Assembly (NCBI GenBank): GCA_963704035.1 | Contig: CAVPGR010000004.1 | Coordinates: 1,439,138-1,503,137, forward strand | DNA from: an uncultured Actinomycetes bacterium | GTDB taxonomy: Bacteria; Actinomycetota; Acidimicrobiia; IMCC26256; JAOSJL01 | Length of the DNA: 64,000 bases | Direction of reading: 5' to 3' | Part shown: positions 63,273-64,000 of the stretch, one piece after another | Layout: every line of letters starts with the position of its first letter | Numbering within the stretch: the stretch's first letter is position 1 | The notes under the pieces: model-generated | What the model was told of the DNA's origin: nothing | The model's database searches: none | The model's input: only the letters and a program-made list of their open reading frames with translations | Made by a program: the position numbers and the translations under genes

Positions 63273-64000
63273 GTGCGCACGCACCGAGGGTTCCGATCAC
63301 TGCTTGTACCTCTGGTTCTCATCCTGGCTCTCGTCGGCGCCGCCTGCAGCAGCGACTCGGAGAGCTCTGACTCCAACTCCGACGGTGGCTCGGGAACCGT
63401 GACCGTGTCGGGTTCGTCCACCGTCGAGCCGATCTCGGCGGCCAACGCCGAGAAGTTCGCCGAAGAGAACCCCGATGTCGCGATCAGCGTCGACGGACCC
63501 GGAACCGGCGACGGGTTCCAGCTCTTCTGCAACGGTGAGACCGACATCTCCGACGCTTCCCGCCCCATCAAGGACGAGGAGCTCGCCGCCTGCGAGGACA
63601 ACGGGATCGAGTACGTCGAGTTGAAGGTGGGCATCGACGGTCTGTCAGTCATCACGTCAACCGCAAACGACGCGGTCGACTGTCTCACGTTCGAGGACCT
63701 GTACGCGCTCCTCGGACCGGAGTCCGAGGGCATCAACAATTGGAGTGACGCCGACGACCTCGGCGCGGAAGTGGGTGGATCGGGCGATTACCCCGACGCC
63801 GATCTCACGGTCACCGCCCCCGGTGAGGAGTCGGGAACCTACGACAGCTTCGTGGAGCTCGCTCTCGAGGGTATCGCCGAAGAGCGCGGTCAGGACCCCG
63901 TGGCCCGCGCCGACTACGAGTCGTCGCCGAACGACAACGTCATCATCGAAGGTGTGGCGGGCTCCGATACTTCACTCGGTTGGGTCGGGTACACGTTCGT
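63273..64000 (+). CDS. pstS: Phosphate-binding lipoprotein PstS, 3'-truncated by the window edge
   Basis: GAAAGGA RBS then GTG; lipobox GAAC; SGSSTVEP, GPGTGDGF, DASRPIK, PGEESGTYD. Confidence 0.92.
   Translation, partial: MRTHRGFRSLLVPLVLILALVGAACSSDSESSDSNSDGGSGTVTVSGSSTVEPISAANAEKFAEENPDVAISVDGPGTGDGFQLFCNGETDISDASRPIKDEELAACEDNGIEYVELKVGIDGLSVITSTANDAVDCLTFEDLYALLGPESEGINNWSDADDLGAEVGGSGDYPDADLTVTAPGEESGTYDSFVELALEGIAEERGQDPVARADYESSPNDNVIIEGVAGSDTSLGWVGYTF

Overview
High-GC actinobacterial chromosomal window (gene content and style suggest Acidimicrobiia; this is inference). It carries many indels that look like long-read consensus errors, densest at about 16.9-22.8 kb. In order: ABC-2 permease end; three tandem paralogous lipoprotein serine hydrolases; an OmpR-type two-component pair; an animal-type haem peroxidase; an HxlR/VOC/MDMPI unit with a 57-bp tandem repeat; an HNH endonuclease convergent with a frameshifted AddAB/AdnAB-like helicase-nuclease pair, which is divergent from a PafB/PafC-like WYL pair; kup, phoD, a sulfatase and rnd, with a candidate structured RNA upstream; an SDR pair; sdhCAB; a GH2; an AAA+/VWA pair; a GAF kinase; and a large phosphate cluster (ppk1, CYTH-CHAD, NUDIX, His-phosphatase, regX3/senX3-like, pstB, Na/Pi cotransporter, phoU, pstS) with clear PHO-box repeats. 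The best candidate new system is the WYL-pair / helicase-nuclease / HNH module at 15.4-25.0 kb with a PafBC-type promoter. The next best is an unassigned multi-branched RNA structure at 34.57-34.66 kb. No rRNA, tRNA, CRISPR array or transposase was recognised. All assignments come from reading motifs by eye; no searches were run.
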